The notes beneath the pieces were generated by a model. It ran no database searches. It was not told the origin of the DNA and saw only the letters and a list, made by a program, of their open reading frames with translations. A DNA stretch of 64,000 nt from the NCBI GenBank assembly GCA_964394435.1, contig CAYMXN010000001.1, forward strand, positions 235,928-299,927, written 5' to 3'. The stretch comes from an uncultured Candidatus Saccharibacteria bacterium. GTDB lineage: Bacteria > Patescibacteriota > Minisyncoccia > UBA6257 > 1-14-0-10-44-23. This document shows, piece after piece, positions 17,217 through 27,223 of the stretch. The position numbers and the translations under genes were made by a program. Every line of letters begins with the position of its first letter. The first letter of the stretch is position 1.

Positions 17217-17804
17217 TTATATAACCTCGCTCGCTTTTACTACTTTATTCCTTCCCGCTCGCTTTGCTTGATAGAGTGCTTTATCAGCCTGCTTAAATAA
17301 GTCTTCAAAGTCTTTCGCATGAGCGAGGTCGGCGACTCCACAGCTGACAGTTAGATTAAACGACTTTCGTTTGTGTTTGATTGGTGTGTTTTCGACATGG
17401 CTACGGATATACTCGGCGATCACTCCCCCATCAACTTCGCTCGCACCAACTAAGCCAATTAAAATCTCTTCACCGCCCCAGCGACCAACGACATCAACTT
17501 CACGTACGCGCTCGGTAATCAGCTTGCTCATCATTTTGAGCGCCTCATCGCCCGCATCATGGCCATACGTGTCATTTATTTTCTTAAAGTGATCAGCATC
17601 GACAATAATCAAACAAAAGTTTTTCACTAAAAACGCCTGACGACGCTCGGGAAAGTTTTTAAACGCAACCACCTCGCTTAAAAATTTGCCCGCCTCTTCT
17701 TTAAAGCCACGACGGTTGTAGAGTTTAGTAAGCTCATCCTTAAAGGCGAGTTCTCGTAAGCGAGAGATTTCTTTTTTAAGCTTTTTAATTTCAGCGGCTG
17801 ACAT
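17217..17804 (-). CDS. GGDEF-domain diguanylate cyclase (GGEEI variant) with short coiled-coil N-terminus
   Basis: LTKLYNRRGF, DADHFKKINDTYGHDAGD, RWGGEEILIG and ADKALYQAKRAGRN motifs. Confidence 0.85.
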   Translation of the reverse strand: MSAAEIKKLKKEISRLRELAFKDELTKLYNRRGFKEEAGKFLSEVVAFKNFPERRQAFLVKNFCLIIVDADHFKKINDTYGHDAGDEALKMMSKLITERVREVDVVGRWGGEEILIGLVGASEVDGGVIAEYIRSHVENTPIKHKRKSFNLTVSCGVADLAHAKDFEDLFKQADKALYQAKRAGRNKVVKASEVI

Positions 17805-17818
17805 ATATAGCTACTATA

Positions 17819-18184
17819 TCAAATAACGCCTGCGGAGACCATTGTGAGAGCGGTAAGCGCAAGAATCGAGCCGACGACGAGTGCATCGGTTTTAAAGCCT
17901 GGGCGAGGCCAAAAGTAGTGCATGAGCCAAAAGCCAGCACTCGCAAGCAAAATATCCATTAGACTGTTTTGAATTCGGTCAGCTCCAGCGAGATACAACT
18001 CGACGAATTCCCAGCCAACCATGAGCGTGAGCGCGATGACATACGCCCATTTTTTTGAAAAACCCAACATACGTAAAAGCGCGGCGAGCATAAAGCCCCA
18101 CCCAAAGTGCACAAACGACCAGCGGTCGATATACACGCCAAGACTCCATGAACTAAGGACGATATTTGCGCGAGGGTCTGCCAT
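17819..18184 (-). CDS. Small integral membrane protein
   Basis: 121 aa, 4 predicted TM helices. Confidence 0.6.
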   Translation of the reverse strand: MADPRANIVLSSWSLGVYIDRWSFVHFGWGFMLAALLRMLGFSKKWAYVIALTLMVGWEFVELYLAGADRIQNSLMDILLASAGFWLMHYFWPRPGFKTDALVVGSILALTALTMVSAGVI

Positions 18185-18188
18185 GGTC

Positions 18189-19094
18189 TTACTTCAAGTC
18201 CATACCCCGCAGGGCCTTGATTCTTTCTTCGATTGGCGGATGAGTCATAAAGAGCTTGTGCAGAAATGGAGTTTTCTTTTCTCCGTTAAAGGGGTCGTCA
18301 ATCCATAAATGCGCCGTACTGTTATTGGCTGGTGGCATCGGCGTTTTGTCAGTCGCGATTTTCTGTAACGCGTTCGCGAGCCCTTCAGGATAACGAGTTA
18401 AGAGCGCGCCAGAGGCGTCTGCGAGCGACTCACGCCGACGAGAGATTGCTAATCTCATTAATGTAGCGGCGATGGGTGCTAAGATAGCGAACACCAGTCC
18501 GATAACAAGCATTACCGCTTGTATCTGTCCGCCGTTGCGATCATTGCTCGACCGACGAAACATTGTTGAGCGAAGAAAAATATCTGAAAGAATAGCAATA
18601 AATCCAGCGAGCACCACGATCACCGTCGAAACAAGCATATCGCGATTGCCGATGTGCGAAAGCTCGTGCGCCAACACACCTTCGAGCTCTGCCTTATCTA
18701 ATTTAGCCAAAAGGCCGGTAGTCACCGCGATTACCGCGTGTTCAGGATTGCGCCCGGTCGCAAATGCATTTAATTGTGGTTGGTCGATAATATATATCTT
18801 TGGCACGGGCAGTCCGGCGGTGATGCAGAGATTTTCTACTAAGCGGTATAGTTCACGATTATTCTCTACACTTACCGGCTGGGCGCGGTACATTTTGAGT
18901 ACGAGCTTGTCCGAAAACCAGTACGCCCAGATATTCATACAGAGCGCAAATGCGACGGCGATATACAAAATACTTGTGTTGCCATAGATCTGACTGAATA
19001 CCCAGCCGATGCCAATGACGATAACTAAAAAGAGCGTGAGCATAACCCACGTTTTACGAATATTAGAGGTTTTCTGTGAATACAAAGAAGCCAT
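18189..19094 (-). CDS. htpX: HtpX-like M48 zinc metalloprotease
   Basis: HELSHIGNRD (HExxH), 4 TM helices, C-terminal HPPIEERI motif. Confidence 0.9.
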   Translation of the reverse strand: MASLYSQKTSNIRKTWVMLTLFLVIVIGIGWVFSQIYGNTSILYIAVAFALCMNIWAYWFSDKLVLKMYRAQPVSVENNRELYRLVENLCITAGLPVPKIYIIDQPQLNAFATGRNPEHAVIAVTTGLLAKLDKAELEGVLAHELSHIGNRDMLVSTVIVVLAGFIAILSDIFLRSTMFRRSSNDRNGGQIQAVMLVIGLVFAILAPIAATLMRLAISRRRESLADASGALLTRYPEGLANALQKIATDKTPMPPANNSTAHLWIDDPFNGEKKTPFLHKLFMTHPPIEERIKALRGMDLK

Positions 19095-19146
19095 TTATCT
19101 TAGTATGTAGGAAGTAGTTCGTTTAATAACCACCTTCCGTAGTGAT

Positions 19147-19704
19147 TTAAAACTTCACACTCACTGGCTGCTTTTCGGCTTCAGAGGCGGCCTCGAAAAA
19201 CTTTTCGGTCGAGAAGTTAAACATACCGGCGACGAGGTTTGACGGGAAGGTCTGAATTTTGGTGTTCAGATCGAGGACGGTGTTGTTGTAGAAACGACGA
19301 GCGGACATCATTTTGTTCTCGGTATCGGAAAGTTCCTGCTGAAGCGCCAAAAAGTTCGCGTTAGCCTTTAAATCTGGATAGTTTTCAGAAACTGCGAATA
19401 AGGTTTTAAGTGTTTGCGAAAGTTGATTTTCAGCACCTGCCTTATCTATTGCCGAGCCGGTCGCACCCATCGCGGCAGCGCGCGCCTTAGTTACGTTTTC
19501 AAAAACTCCCTGTTCGTGTTTCGCATACCCTTTGACGGTTTCAACTACGTTTGGAATTAAGTCGAAACGGCGCTTGCTTTGCACGTCGATATCGGAAAGT
19601 GCCTCGCGCATACGGTTACGCATACGGATGAGCCCGTTAAACGTGCCAATGAGCCAGAGAACCAGAACCGCAAAAACAATAATCAAAATAGTAAGTGTAG
19701 ACAT
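19147..19704 (-). CDS. lemA: LemA family protein
   Basis: N-terminal TM, FNGLIRMRN...SDIDVQSKRRFDLIPN...RRFYN signature; classic LemA-HtpX pairing. Confidence 0.85.
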   Translation of the reverse strand: MSTLTILIIVFAVLVLWLIGTFNGLIRMRNRMREALSDIDVQSKRRFDLIPNVVETVKGYAKHEQGVFENVTKARAAAMGATGSAIDKAGAENQLSQTLKTLFAVSENYPDLKANANFLALQQELSDTENKMMSARRFYNNTVLDLNTKIQTFPSNLVAGMFNFSTEKFFEAASEAEKQPVSVKF

Positions 19705-19798
19705 ATGTGATTAGTTTAGATGTTTTGACCTGCAGGTGCAAGTAATGAGGATTAATGCGGGTCTCAAAGGCTAGAAATCAGCATTTCTACCCCACCCC

Positions 19799-19826
19799 TT
19801 GACAAATATAATAGGTATGCTATACT
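19799..19826 (+). promoter_or_regulatory. Promoter TTGACA-N16-TGcTATACT driving the orphan RNA
   Basis: -35 at 19799-19804, extended -10 TGC plus TATACT at 19818-19826. Confidence 0.65.
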
Positions 19827-19832
19827 AATTTT

Positions 19833-20064
19833 ATCCACGGGTGGGGAAACCAGCCCCGCGGACGCGCAAGCGGCGTTACGAAAATAACGTTGCGGGCGGC
19901 CACCTGGAGAAGTTAAGAAATCACTCTTGGGCTAACGGCCCACCCCGCTGGCACGGCGCGCAAGTGTCGTGCCAGCGGGCTCTACTCTAATTTAGGGGCA
20001 TCTACATCTAATATTCGCCCCGCCTAAAGGCCAGACTCTTCTCAGAGCTCTGGCCGCTTTTTTT
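19833..20064 (+). ncRNA. Orphan GC-rich structured RNA of unknown class (~230 nt)
   Basis: No ORF of 60 aa or more in any frame. Helices: 12-bp cccgctggcacg/cgtgccagcggg (19944-19979) capped by a GCAA tetraloop; gcggcgtta/taacgttgc (19870-19893) with G-U pairs valid only on the + strand; long-range gggtggg/cccaccc (19839-45 / 19939-45). Terminator hairpin 20029-20055 plus T-run. Confidence 0.6.
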
Positions 20065-20683
20065 ATTTAAACGCAATCAGATCAAGAAGCTGCTGGGCGG
20101 TCATCGGCGAGTCCTGGCCAAAACGAATCGAGAGTACTCGGTCGCCAAAACGATTTTGTAAGAAGTAGTGCGTACCACTCGCGCCACAGTTATAGAGCTC
20201 TCCAGTCGGGGTGACCTGAAGCTTGCGACATACTGGGTCTACGCACGGACCCTGGTTTGGGTCGCAAGTTTTTGAAGCAGTTTTTAATAACTTGCCTTCG
20301 ACATAATCAACTGTTTTTGCGTTAGCATTAATCCAGTCGGTTATATTCATAAGCGGATCCTTTTCGCTCACGATAAATCGATACGTGTATGGGTTGTCCC
20401 CTGTTTCAAGGGCCTGATTGATATACTCGCCGTCAATGACGAGGGTTTTTAGTGTACGCTCGTGAACTGAAAATCCATCTGGCAAATTAATCACGTAATC
20501 AGTTTCGCCAGACTTTGAAGGCGCAGAAACATTAATGCGTGAACCAGACGATGCGGTCGACGAAGCGTTCGTGTTGGTTGTTGTTTGCTGAATAGGCAGC
20601 GTACCGCTCGCACTTCCGAATATGAATCCGGCGATTGCAGCAACAACTAATATACCAATAAACGTATAATGACGTTTTTTCAT
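20063..20683 (-). CDS. Membrane-anchored/secreted hypothetical protein
   Basis: N-terminal TM/signal (YTFIGILVVAAIAGFIFGSASG) and a T/S/N-rich linker. Confidence 0.6.
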   Translation of the reverse strand: MKKRHYTFIGILVVAAIAGFIFGSASGTLPIQQTTTNTNASSTASSGSRINVSAPSKSGETDYVINLPDGFSVHERTLKTLVIDGEYINQALETGDNPYTYRFIVSEKDPLMNITDWINANAKTVDYVEGKLLKTASKTCDPNQGPCVDPVCRKLQVTPTGELYNCGASGTHYFLQNRFGDRVLSIRFGQDSPMTAQQLLDLIAFK

Positions 20684-20738
20684 ATAGCTTTAGTGTACCA
20701 AACAAAAACCGCCAGCCCAAGGCTGGCGGTTTTCTTTT

Positions 20739-22382
20739 TTACATCCCCATGCCCATACCTCCACCCATGCCACCTCCTGGCATCGCCGGCTCATCCTTCT
20801 TTGGTAGGTCGGCAACTGCGGCACCAATCATTAAGTAATTTGAGGCGACGGAGAGTGCGTTGAGAAACGCTGTCTTGGTTACTTTGAGCGGATCTACAAT
20901 CCCCGCCTCCTTGAGATTACCAAGCGTGTTGGTCATCGCGTTAAAGCCCAGCCACGCATCATTTTTGGCACGCTTCTCGGTTTCAAGCTTTTTCACGATT
21001 GAGTCGGATTGCCCACTGTTGGCGACAATCGCCATAATTGGGGCGCGGAGCGCGTGCTGGAGAATTGCTACCGCGGCTTTGCCCGCATCGCTGGTCGAAC
21101 TCATCTCTTCGAGACCAACATTAAAGAGCGCAATACCACCACCTGGAACAATACCCTCTTCCATAGCGGCGCGTGTTGCGGCGACCGCGTCTTCAACGCG
21201 CTGTTTCAGCTCTTTTTGCGCGGCCTCGGTTGGGGCACCGACTTTAATGACGGCGACACCGCCAGCAAGCTTACCAAGACGCTCTTGAAGCTTTTCTTTA
21301 TCAAAGCTCGAGTCGGTCTTGCTAATCTGAGCCTTAATCTCGGCAACACGGGCGGAAATATTTTTCTTGTCGCCCTTCCCACCGACGATCGTCGTATTGT
21401 CCTTGGTTGAAGTCACGCGACGAGCGTGTCCGAGGTCAGAAAGTTCAACTGTCTCTAGCTTTTTGCCGAGTTCGTCAGCGATAAACTGTCCACCGGTGAT
21501 AATCGCGATATCCTGGAGCATCTCTTTCTTGCGGTCACCAAATCCTGGAGCTTTGACTGCCAGTACGTTAAACGTACCGCGGAGTTTGTTTACGATGAGC
21601 GTAGTGAGCGCCTCACCCTCAACCTCTTCAGCGACAATCACCATTTCTTTCTTTCCGCTCTCAACCACCTTTTCTAAAATTGGCAGCAACTCCTTGATCG
21701 AGCCGATTTTCTTATCCGTAACGAGGATGTATGGATCTTCTAAAACCGCCTCCATACGTTCGGTATTACTCACCATATACTGACTGATATAACCACGATC
21801 AAACTGCATGCCTTCGACAAGCTCGTACGTGTTGGAAATTGTATTGGAGTCGTCGATTGAGACAACGCCCTCGCGACCAACCTTACCCATTACTTCGGCG
21901 ATTAACTTACCAATCTCTGCGTCTTTGGCGGAAAGTGTCGCAACCTCCTGAATCTTTTTATTGTCGTTAATTGGTTCTTTCTGCTTTTCGAGCGCCTTAA
22001 TTACGTCCTGGGAACGGCTCTTGAGCTCGTCAGCCAACTGAATAACGTTAAAACCATCTTCTTTGATTGCCTTTTCACCCGCGTTAATCATCGCGTGTGC
22101 GAGCACGATCGAAGTGGTCGTCCCATCACCCACATTGTCGTTGGTTTTGTCGGCAGCTTGCTTGATAAGCTCCGCGCCGAGATTTTCAAACTTGTCCTCG
22201 AGCTCAACTTCTTTGGCTACCGTAACTCCGTCAAACGTAACCTGTGGAGCACCATAACCCTTTTCAATAACCACCGCACGGCCGCGAGGACCAAGCGTCA
22301 TCTTGACCGCTTCGGCGAGCTTATCGATACCTTTTTTGATTGAGGAGCGCGCCTCGTCGTTGAATTTAAGTTGTTTAGCCAT
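20739..22382 (-). CDS. groL: Chaperonin GroEL
   Basis: 547 aa with [11 protein letters not shown] start, GDGTTT motif and C-terminal [11 protein letters not shown] tail. Confidence 0.97.
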   Translation of the reverse strand: MAKQLKFNDEARSSIKKGIDKLAEAVKMTLGPRGRAVVIEKGYGAPQVTFDGVTVAKEVELEDKFENLGAELIKQAADKTNDNVGDGTTTSIVLAHAMINAGEKAIKEDGFNVIQLADELKSRSQDVIKALEKQKEPINDNKKIQEVATLSAKDAEIGKLIAEVMGKVGREGVVSIDDSNTISNTYELVEGMQFDRGYISQYMVSNTERMEAVLEDPYILVTDKKIGSIKELLPILEKVVESGKKEMVIVAEEVEGEALTTLIVNKLRGTFNVLAVKAPGFGDRKKEMLQDIAIITGGQFIADELGKKLETVELSDLGHARRVTSTKDNTTIVGGKGDKKNISARVAEIKAQISKTDSSFDKEKLQERLGKLAGGVAVIKVGAPTEAAQKELKQRVEDAVAATRAAMEEGIVPGGGIALFNVGLEEMSSTSDAGKAAVAILQHALRAPIMAIVANSGQSDSIVKKLETEKRAKNDAWLGFNAMTNTLGNLKEAGIVDPLKVTKTAFLNALSVASNYLMIGAAVADLPKKDEPAMPGGGMGGGMGMGM

Positions 22383-22390
22383 AAGAATGA

Positions 22391-22690
22391 TTAACTAAGA
22401 ATTGCTAATATATCGTCCTCGTCCCCGACTAAGTACTTTTTGCCCTCGATCTCGATCTCGTCCGGGCCGTATTTTTTATATATTACCTGGTCGCCAACTT
22501 TGACGGTCATCGGCACGAGCTTGCCGTCATCAAACTTGCCCGGCCCTGTAGCCACCACCTTACCAATCATTGGCTTTTCACCTGAAGCATTTTCTGGAAG
22601 CACGATACCTGACTTAGTCTTTTTGTCTTCACTGACTGGCTCAATTAATACCCGACTACCTAATGGTTTAATGTTCATCCCGTTACTCAT
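22391..22690 (-). CDS. groES: Co-chaperonin GroES
   Basis: MNIKPLGSRVLIEP...GKVVATGPG...; the start is either MSNGM (22690) or MNIKPL (22678). The upstream ORF extension was rejected. Confidence 0.9.
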   Translation of the reverse strand: MSNGMNIKPLGSRVLIEPVSEDKKTKSGIVLPENASGEKPMIGKVVATGPGKFDDGKLVPMTVKVGDQVIYKKYGPDEIEIEGKKYLVGDEDDILAILS

Positions 22691-22844
22691 AATTAGTGTG
22701 TATATTTTTGTAATTAACTGCTTTTGGTATACGACCCGATCCATCACTAGATACAGCCGTGACTACGGGACAAGTATTGTTTAAAAGTTAAATATTACCG
22801 AAAATTACTTATTTTTAATGATATCTGACCTTTAAAGTAAGGCT

Positions 22845-22873
22845 AGTATAAACCCGAAAAAACACCCAGTCAA
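22845..22873 (-). promoter_or_regulatory. Putative groES-groEL promoter TTGACT-N17-TATACT
   Basis: Read on the minus strand. Leaves a leader of about 150 nt. No CIRCE inverted repeat seen. Confidence 0.55.
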
Positions 22874-22909
22874 TATAAAACCGCCTTTCGGCGGTTTTAT
22901 ATACTCTCG

Positions 22910-23863
22910 TTACTGATGTGCTCCAGTCAGATGATTTCTATGAAGGAAGTCGTAGATGTTCAAAATCGCTTTTACCGCGTCACCGGCAGATATGTTGTTC
23001 TGTTTATAGAGCACATCAGACACATCACCTGCCGCCCAAATACCAACCTGTGAGCTTGCTTGCGTTTTATGATCAACGATTACCTCGCCAATTTTATTCA
23101 GACTGACAATATTTTTCACAAAGTCAGAATTTGGCATCGAACCGATTTCGATAAATACACCATCAACCTTAAGCTCTTTCGCTTCGCCGGTCTTTGCATC
23201 TTTGTACTGAAACGCATTGACGGTCTTTTCACCAAGAATTTCAGCTGGTACCGCGTTAAATAAGACGCTCACCTTTGGGTGCTTCTGAATCTTTTCATAC
23301 GTAGTGGCGTCACCGCGAATCTGGTCACCACGAACAATGAGATAAATCTTTTCTGCGTACGGAATTGAGTCGATGACCGCCTCAAGACCGGCGTTGCCGG
23401 CACCCACCACTGCTACGGTTTTATTTTTGAACAGCGGCGCGTCGCAGGTCGAACAAAATACGACACCCCTTCCATCAAGACGATCTTCACCTGGAATACC
23501 TAGCCGCTTGCGACGACTGCCACTTCCGAGAAAGACTGTGTTTGCCTCAACTACCTTTCCACTTTCTGTTGTAATACGAAAAAATCCTTTTGGTGGTTCG
23601 CCATTTACTTTTTCAATTGACTTTACGCGCTCACCGTCAACAATCTCAAGGCCCTGCTGTGCACGAACATGCGCCTCAAGATCTTGCGCAAGCTTAAGAC
23701 CAGGGATTGAGGTTGTACCAATCCAGTTTTGGATATCATTAGAAACAATTGACTGTCCGCCAAATGTTTCAGTAATGAGGACTGTTTTGATTTGTTTGCG
23801 GGCGGCGTAGACGCCGGCGGCTACTGCCGCCGGGCCACCTCCGATAATTACCAACTCGTACAT
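22910..23863 (-). CDS. trxB: Thioredoxin-disulfide reductase-like flavoprotein
   Basis: IIGGGPAAVAAG FAD motif, redox CSTCD, VVGAGNAGLE NADPH motif, WAAGD. Confidence 0.85.
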   Translation of the reverse strand: MYELVIIGGGPAAVAAGVYAARKQIKTVLITETFGGQSIVSNDIQNWIGTTSIPGLKLAQDLEAHVRAQQGLEIVDGERVKSIEKVNGEPPKGFFRITTESGKVVEANTVFLGSGSRRKRLGIPGEDRLDGRGVVFCSTCDAPLFKNKTVAVVGAGNAGLEAVIDSIPYAEKIYLIVRGDQIRGDATTYEKIQKHPKVSVLFNAVPAEILGEKTVNAFQYKDAKTGEAKELKVDGVFIEIGSMPNSDFVKNIVSLNKIGEVIVDHKTQASSQVGIWAAGDVSDVLYKQNNISAGDAVKAILNIYDFLHRNHLTGAHQ

Positions 23864-24099
23864 TATTTTGCTGCAGCTACTACGTTTTCGATCTCCTTTT
23901 TATTGAATCCAACAAAAATCTGACCATCGATATCGATAACCGGCACACCAAGCTGTCCAGACTTCTGAACCATTTCTTCGCGCTCGTTATCATCTTCGGC
24001 GACATTTACTTCGGTATACTTCAGGTTCTTTGAACCGAAATACTCCTTAGCCATCTTACAGTAGACACAACTCGGGGTTGAATAAATTTTGATGTTCAT
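23863..24099 (-). CDS. Glutaredoxin/NrdH-like small redoxin (CVYC)
   Basis: 78 aa with IKIYSTPSCVYCKMAK and GVPVIDIDG motifs. Confidence 0.8.
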   Translation of the reverse strand: MNIKIYSTPSCVYCKMAKEYFGSKNLKYTEVNVAEDDNEREEMVQKSGQLGVPVIDIDGQIFVGFNKKEIENVVAAAK

Positions 24100-24148
24100 A
24101 GTGTTATTAGTTTAATTAATTACTTTCAGTATACCAAGGCTGTCAAGT

Positions 24149-24802
24149 TTATTTACCAGCTGCTTGCAGTGCTGCGTCGATCGCTGATTTAAATACTGCG
24201 AACGGTTGAGCTCCAGAAACTGGTGTGCCGTTGATATAGCTCGCTGGTGTGCCATCAACTCCGGCCGCATTTCCGTCGGCGGTATCTTTCGCAATCTCAT
24301 CTTTCGGCTTTTGCGAGGTTAGACACTGACTAAAAACTCCTTTATTGAGTCCAAGATCCCCGGCGAGCTTCGTGTAATCGAGCGTTGCGATCTGTGCCTG
24401 ACGATCAAAAATAGCGTCGTGCATCTTCCAATAAGCCCCCTGATCTTTAGCGCACTCTGCGGCAATCGCAGCTGGCATAGCGGACAGGTGGAATGAGAGC
24501 GGGTAGTCGCGAAATACCATACGAACCTTACCTGTTTTAATATATTGCTCGCGGATCTGCCCTTCAGTCTCCTTGTACATCTTTTCACAAAACGGGCACT
24601 CGTAATCACCAAATACGATCATCGTAACTGGCGCATTTGGATCACCTAACACGACATCGTCATCAATAGTTGGAGCGGCTGGCGCAACTTGCTGCCCTGG
24701 TTGCTCATTTTTTACTGGCGCTCCTGTGCGCGGACCAGCAGTGTAGATCACCGCACCCGCGATCAAGATACCGGCAAAAATAATACTCGCGGGCACCATC
24801 AT
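24149..24802 (-). CDS. DsbA/thioredoxin-domain thiol:disulfide oxidoreductase, membrane-anchored
   Basis: Trimmed to MMVPASIIFAGILIAG (GGAAGGA SD upstream); FGDYECPFCEKM CxxC motif. Confidence 0.75.
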   Translation of the reverse strand: MMVPASIIFAGILIAGAVIYTAGPRTGAPVKNEQPGQQVAPAAPTIDDDVVLGDPNAPVTMIVFGDYECPFCEKMYKETEGQIREQYIKTGKVRMVFRDYPLSFHLSAMPAAIAAECAKDQGAYWKMHDAIFDRQAQIATLDYTKLAGDLGLNKGVFSQCLTSQKPKDEIAKDTADGNAAGVDGTPASYINGTPVSGAQPFAVFKSAIDAALQAAGK

Positions 24803-24937
24803 TTTATTACTTCCTTCCATATAATTTTTGAAAATATATTTATAAATTTTATTGCCCGCCGCACCTTGGACAAGGGGCTTGGATTTCATTATGATGAGGC
24901 TGTATACAGGTTGTCAAACAACCCCCTGTGAGCGAAT

Positions 24938-26302
24938 ATGAACCCATTCATTAAAATCCGCGCGCTAGCCCGTATTCCTGTGCTTATCCTTGGCGATATC
25001 GCTATTTTTTATGCTTCACTTTTTATCGCCTTAAGTATTCGCTATGGTCTCGCTCCACTTAGCCACCTTGCTGACCACTTGATTCCTTTTTCAATCGGAC
25101 TGCTCCTCTGGCTCGTTATCTCATACATCAGTGGCCTCTATGAGCGTGCTTCGCTTAAAAATACCTCGTCATTTTATGCGACCTTTTTAGTATCGCTGGT
25201 TATTGAGATGCTCGCACTTATCGCCCTCTTCTATTTAGTTCCGGCATTTGGCATCGCTCCAAAAGCAAACCTCTTTATTTTTACCGCTGTTTTTGCCGTA
25301 CTTGAAGCTATTTGGCGCGCCATACTTAATATCATATTGCGCGCAAGCGGTTCGCGCATACGGCTTATGTTTCTTGGTGCTAGCCACAACATGACCGAAA
25401 TCAAAGAACATCTTGAGCGCAATCCGCAGCTTGGATATGAAGTAATCACTTGGTACAGCGATGAGCCAACGCACCAGACCAGCGAACAGCTTTTACGCGA
25501 AATCGCTACTAAGCAAATCCACTTTGTTGTCGTTTCTGCACAGCTTGAAAAAACAAAAACGTTTAAAGACTTTGCGTATAAAAATGCGGTTAGTGGAGTT
25601 CCGCTTCTTAGTCTTGCAGTGCTCTACGAGCAAATCTTTTCCCGCGTATCACTGGCCGAACTTGAAGAGTCGTGGTCACTTAAAGATATAACGTATGAAG
25701 CTCGCCTGTACCAATCAATAAAGCGTGTTCTTGAACTTTTGGGCGTGCTCCTTATTGGAATTATTGCACTTCCCTTTGCGATTATTACCGCACTCGCCAT
25801 CCTACTTACTTCTCGCGGCCCTGTTTTTTATAAGCAGCGACGCGTTGGTAAACGAAAACAGCTTTTTTGGCTTTATAAGTTTCGTAGTATGTATGCTGAA
25901 AAAGAAAAAAACCCAGACGCTGATGCGAGTAAGCCAATTTGGACCAGCGGCAATGACCAACGCATCACTCCAGTTGGGAAGTTTATTCGCTTCACTCATC
26001 TCGATGAGCTTCCGCAGCTTATCAATATAGTAAAGGGAGAGATGTCGTTTATCGGCCCGCGCCCCGAGCGACCAGAATTTGACGCGGATTTAGAGCAAAA
26101 GATCCCGTACTACGAGCTCCGCTATCTCGCTAAGCCTGGTATTACCGGCTGGGCGCAAATCAACTATCGATACGGCGCATCGGTTGAAGACGCGTACGCT
26201 AAATTGCAGTACGACCTGTACTACCTTGCTCACCGATCACTGCTTTTAGATATTTCCATCCTGCTCAAAACTATTAAAAAGTTTTTTGTGCAGGTTGATT
26301 AA
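24938..26302 (+). CDS. Polyprenyl-phosphate glycosyl-1-phosphate transferase (bacterial sugar transferase, WbaP-like)
   Basis: 454 aa. N-terminal TM helices. C-terminal SRGPVFYKQRRVG, DELPQL and KPGITGWAQ motifs. Confidence 0.85.
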   Translation: MNPFIKIRALARIPVLILGDIAIFYASLFIALSIRYGLAPLSHLADHLIPFSIGLLLWLVISYISGLYERASLKNTSSFYATFLVSLVIEMLALIALFYLVPAFGIAPKANLFIFTAVFAVLEAIWRAILNIILRASGSRIRLMFLGASHNMTEIKEHLERNPQLGYEVITWYSDEPTHQTSEQLLREIATKQIHFVVVSAQLEKTKTFKDFAYKNAVSGVPLLSLAVLYEQIFSRVSLAELEESWSLKDITYEARLYQSIKRVLELLGVLLIGIIALPFAIITALAILLTSRGPVFYKQRRVGKRKQLFWLYKFRSMYAEKEKNPDADASKPIWTSGNDQRITPVGKFIRFTHLDELPQLINIVKGEMSFIGPRPERPEFDADLEQKIPYYELRYLAKPGITGWAQINYRYGASVEDAYAKLQYDLYYLAHRSLLLDISILLKTIKKFFVQVD

Positions 26303-27223
26303 ATGAACAAGCGACTCAACATCATCGTAACGGGTGGCGCTGGATTTATCGGAAGCCATATCGTTGATCTCTATATTGCCGCCGGTCATCACGTTGCGAT
26401 AATCGACAACCTTTCAACTGGCTTCAAGAAGAATATTCATCCTCGAGCGCGTTTCTACCATGCGGATATTCGCGACAAACAAGCGATCGACAAAATTTTC
26501 GCCATCGAGCGGCCAGATATCGTAAATCATCAAGCGGCACTCGCTGCGGTAGTAAGTGGTGAAAAAAACCAAAATGCGGCGTATGAGATTAATGTGATTG
26601 GTACTATAAACCTCTTAACTACCCCTACCCCGATTAAACGGTTTATCTTCGCCTCAACTGGCGGAGCGATGTATGGACTTAATGCCCGGCCAAGACCAAC
26701 AAATGAAGAGGCGCCGCGCCGCCCAGTTTCTGCATACGGTTTTTCAAAACTCCTCGCTGAACAGGCGGTTATCCACTTTGCCCGCGAACGAAAATTTTCG
26801 TATGTAATCCTCCGTCCGGCAAACGCTTTTGGTCCTCGCCAAAATCCAAAAGGAGAAGCTGGAGTTGTCGCCCTATTCACCTATATGATGAAACACGATA
26901 TCCAGCCAATCATCTATAATAAGAAGGCTACTCGCGATTATGTATATGTTGGTGATATTGCCGCTCTTAATCTCGCCGCGCTCTCCGGACCAAAGAATGT
27001 AATTTGTAATGTTGGGACCGGCATTGAGACTTCGAACGAGCAGATTTTTAAGCTCATTGCGAAGCAGTGCGGCTATGCGGGTAAGCCAGTTTATAAACTA
27101 GCGCGACAAGGCGAAGTGCTTCATGCAGCGCTTGATGCTCGCTATGCGCGCAAAATCTTTAAGTGGAAACCAGCTGTCAATCTAACTACAGGTATTACCC
27201 ACGTATATGCTCAAAAAGATTAA
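26303..27223 (+). CDS. NAD-dependent epimerase/dehydratase (GalE-like)
   Basis: VTGGAGFIGSH Rossmann motif and YGFSK (YxxxK). Confidence 0.8.
   Translation: MNKRLNIIVTGGAGFIGSHIVDLYIAAGHHVAIIDNLSTGFKKNIHPRARFYHADIRDKQAIDKIFAIERPDIVNHQAALAAVVSGEKNQNAAYEINVIGTINLLTTPTPIKRFIFASTGGAMYGLNARPRPTNEEAPRRPVSAYGFSKLLAEQAVIHFARERKFSYVILRPANAFGPRQNPKGEAGVVALFTYMMKHDIQPIIYNKKATRDYVYVGDIAALNLAALSGPKNVICNVGTGIETSNEQIFKLIAKQCGYAGKPVYKLARQGEVLHAALDARYARKIFKWKPAVNLTTGITHVYAQKD

Noticed and set aside
19833-20064. Interpretation of the orphan RNA as a c-di-GMP-I (GEMM) riboswitch, SRP RNA, RNase P RNA, tmRNA or 6S RNA
   Set aside because: GGACGCGCAAGC only loosely resembles the GEMM GGGACGCAAAGCC core, and there is no downstream ORF before the terminator. 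No GAGGAAAGUCC (RNase P), no GGAA/AGCA helix-8 motif (SRP), no tRNA-like 3' end (tmRNA), and the ends do not pair as in 6S. The class is left unknown.
20860-22343. Multiple 64-142-aa + strand ORFs inside groEL, and similar ones inside the ATPase, alaS, the surface protein, etc.
   Set aside because: These are antisense shadow ORFs within confidently identified genes.
22691-22909. CIRCE/HrcA operator upstream of groES
   Set aside because: I looked for TTAGCACTC-N9-GAGTGCTAA on both strands and found no match.
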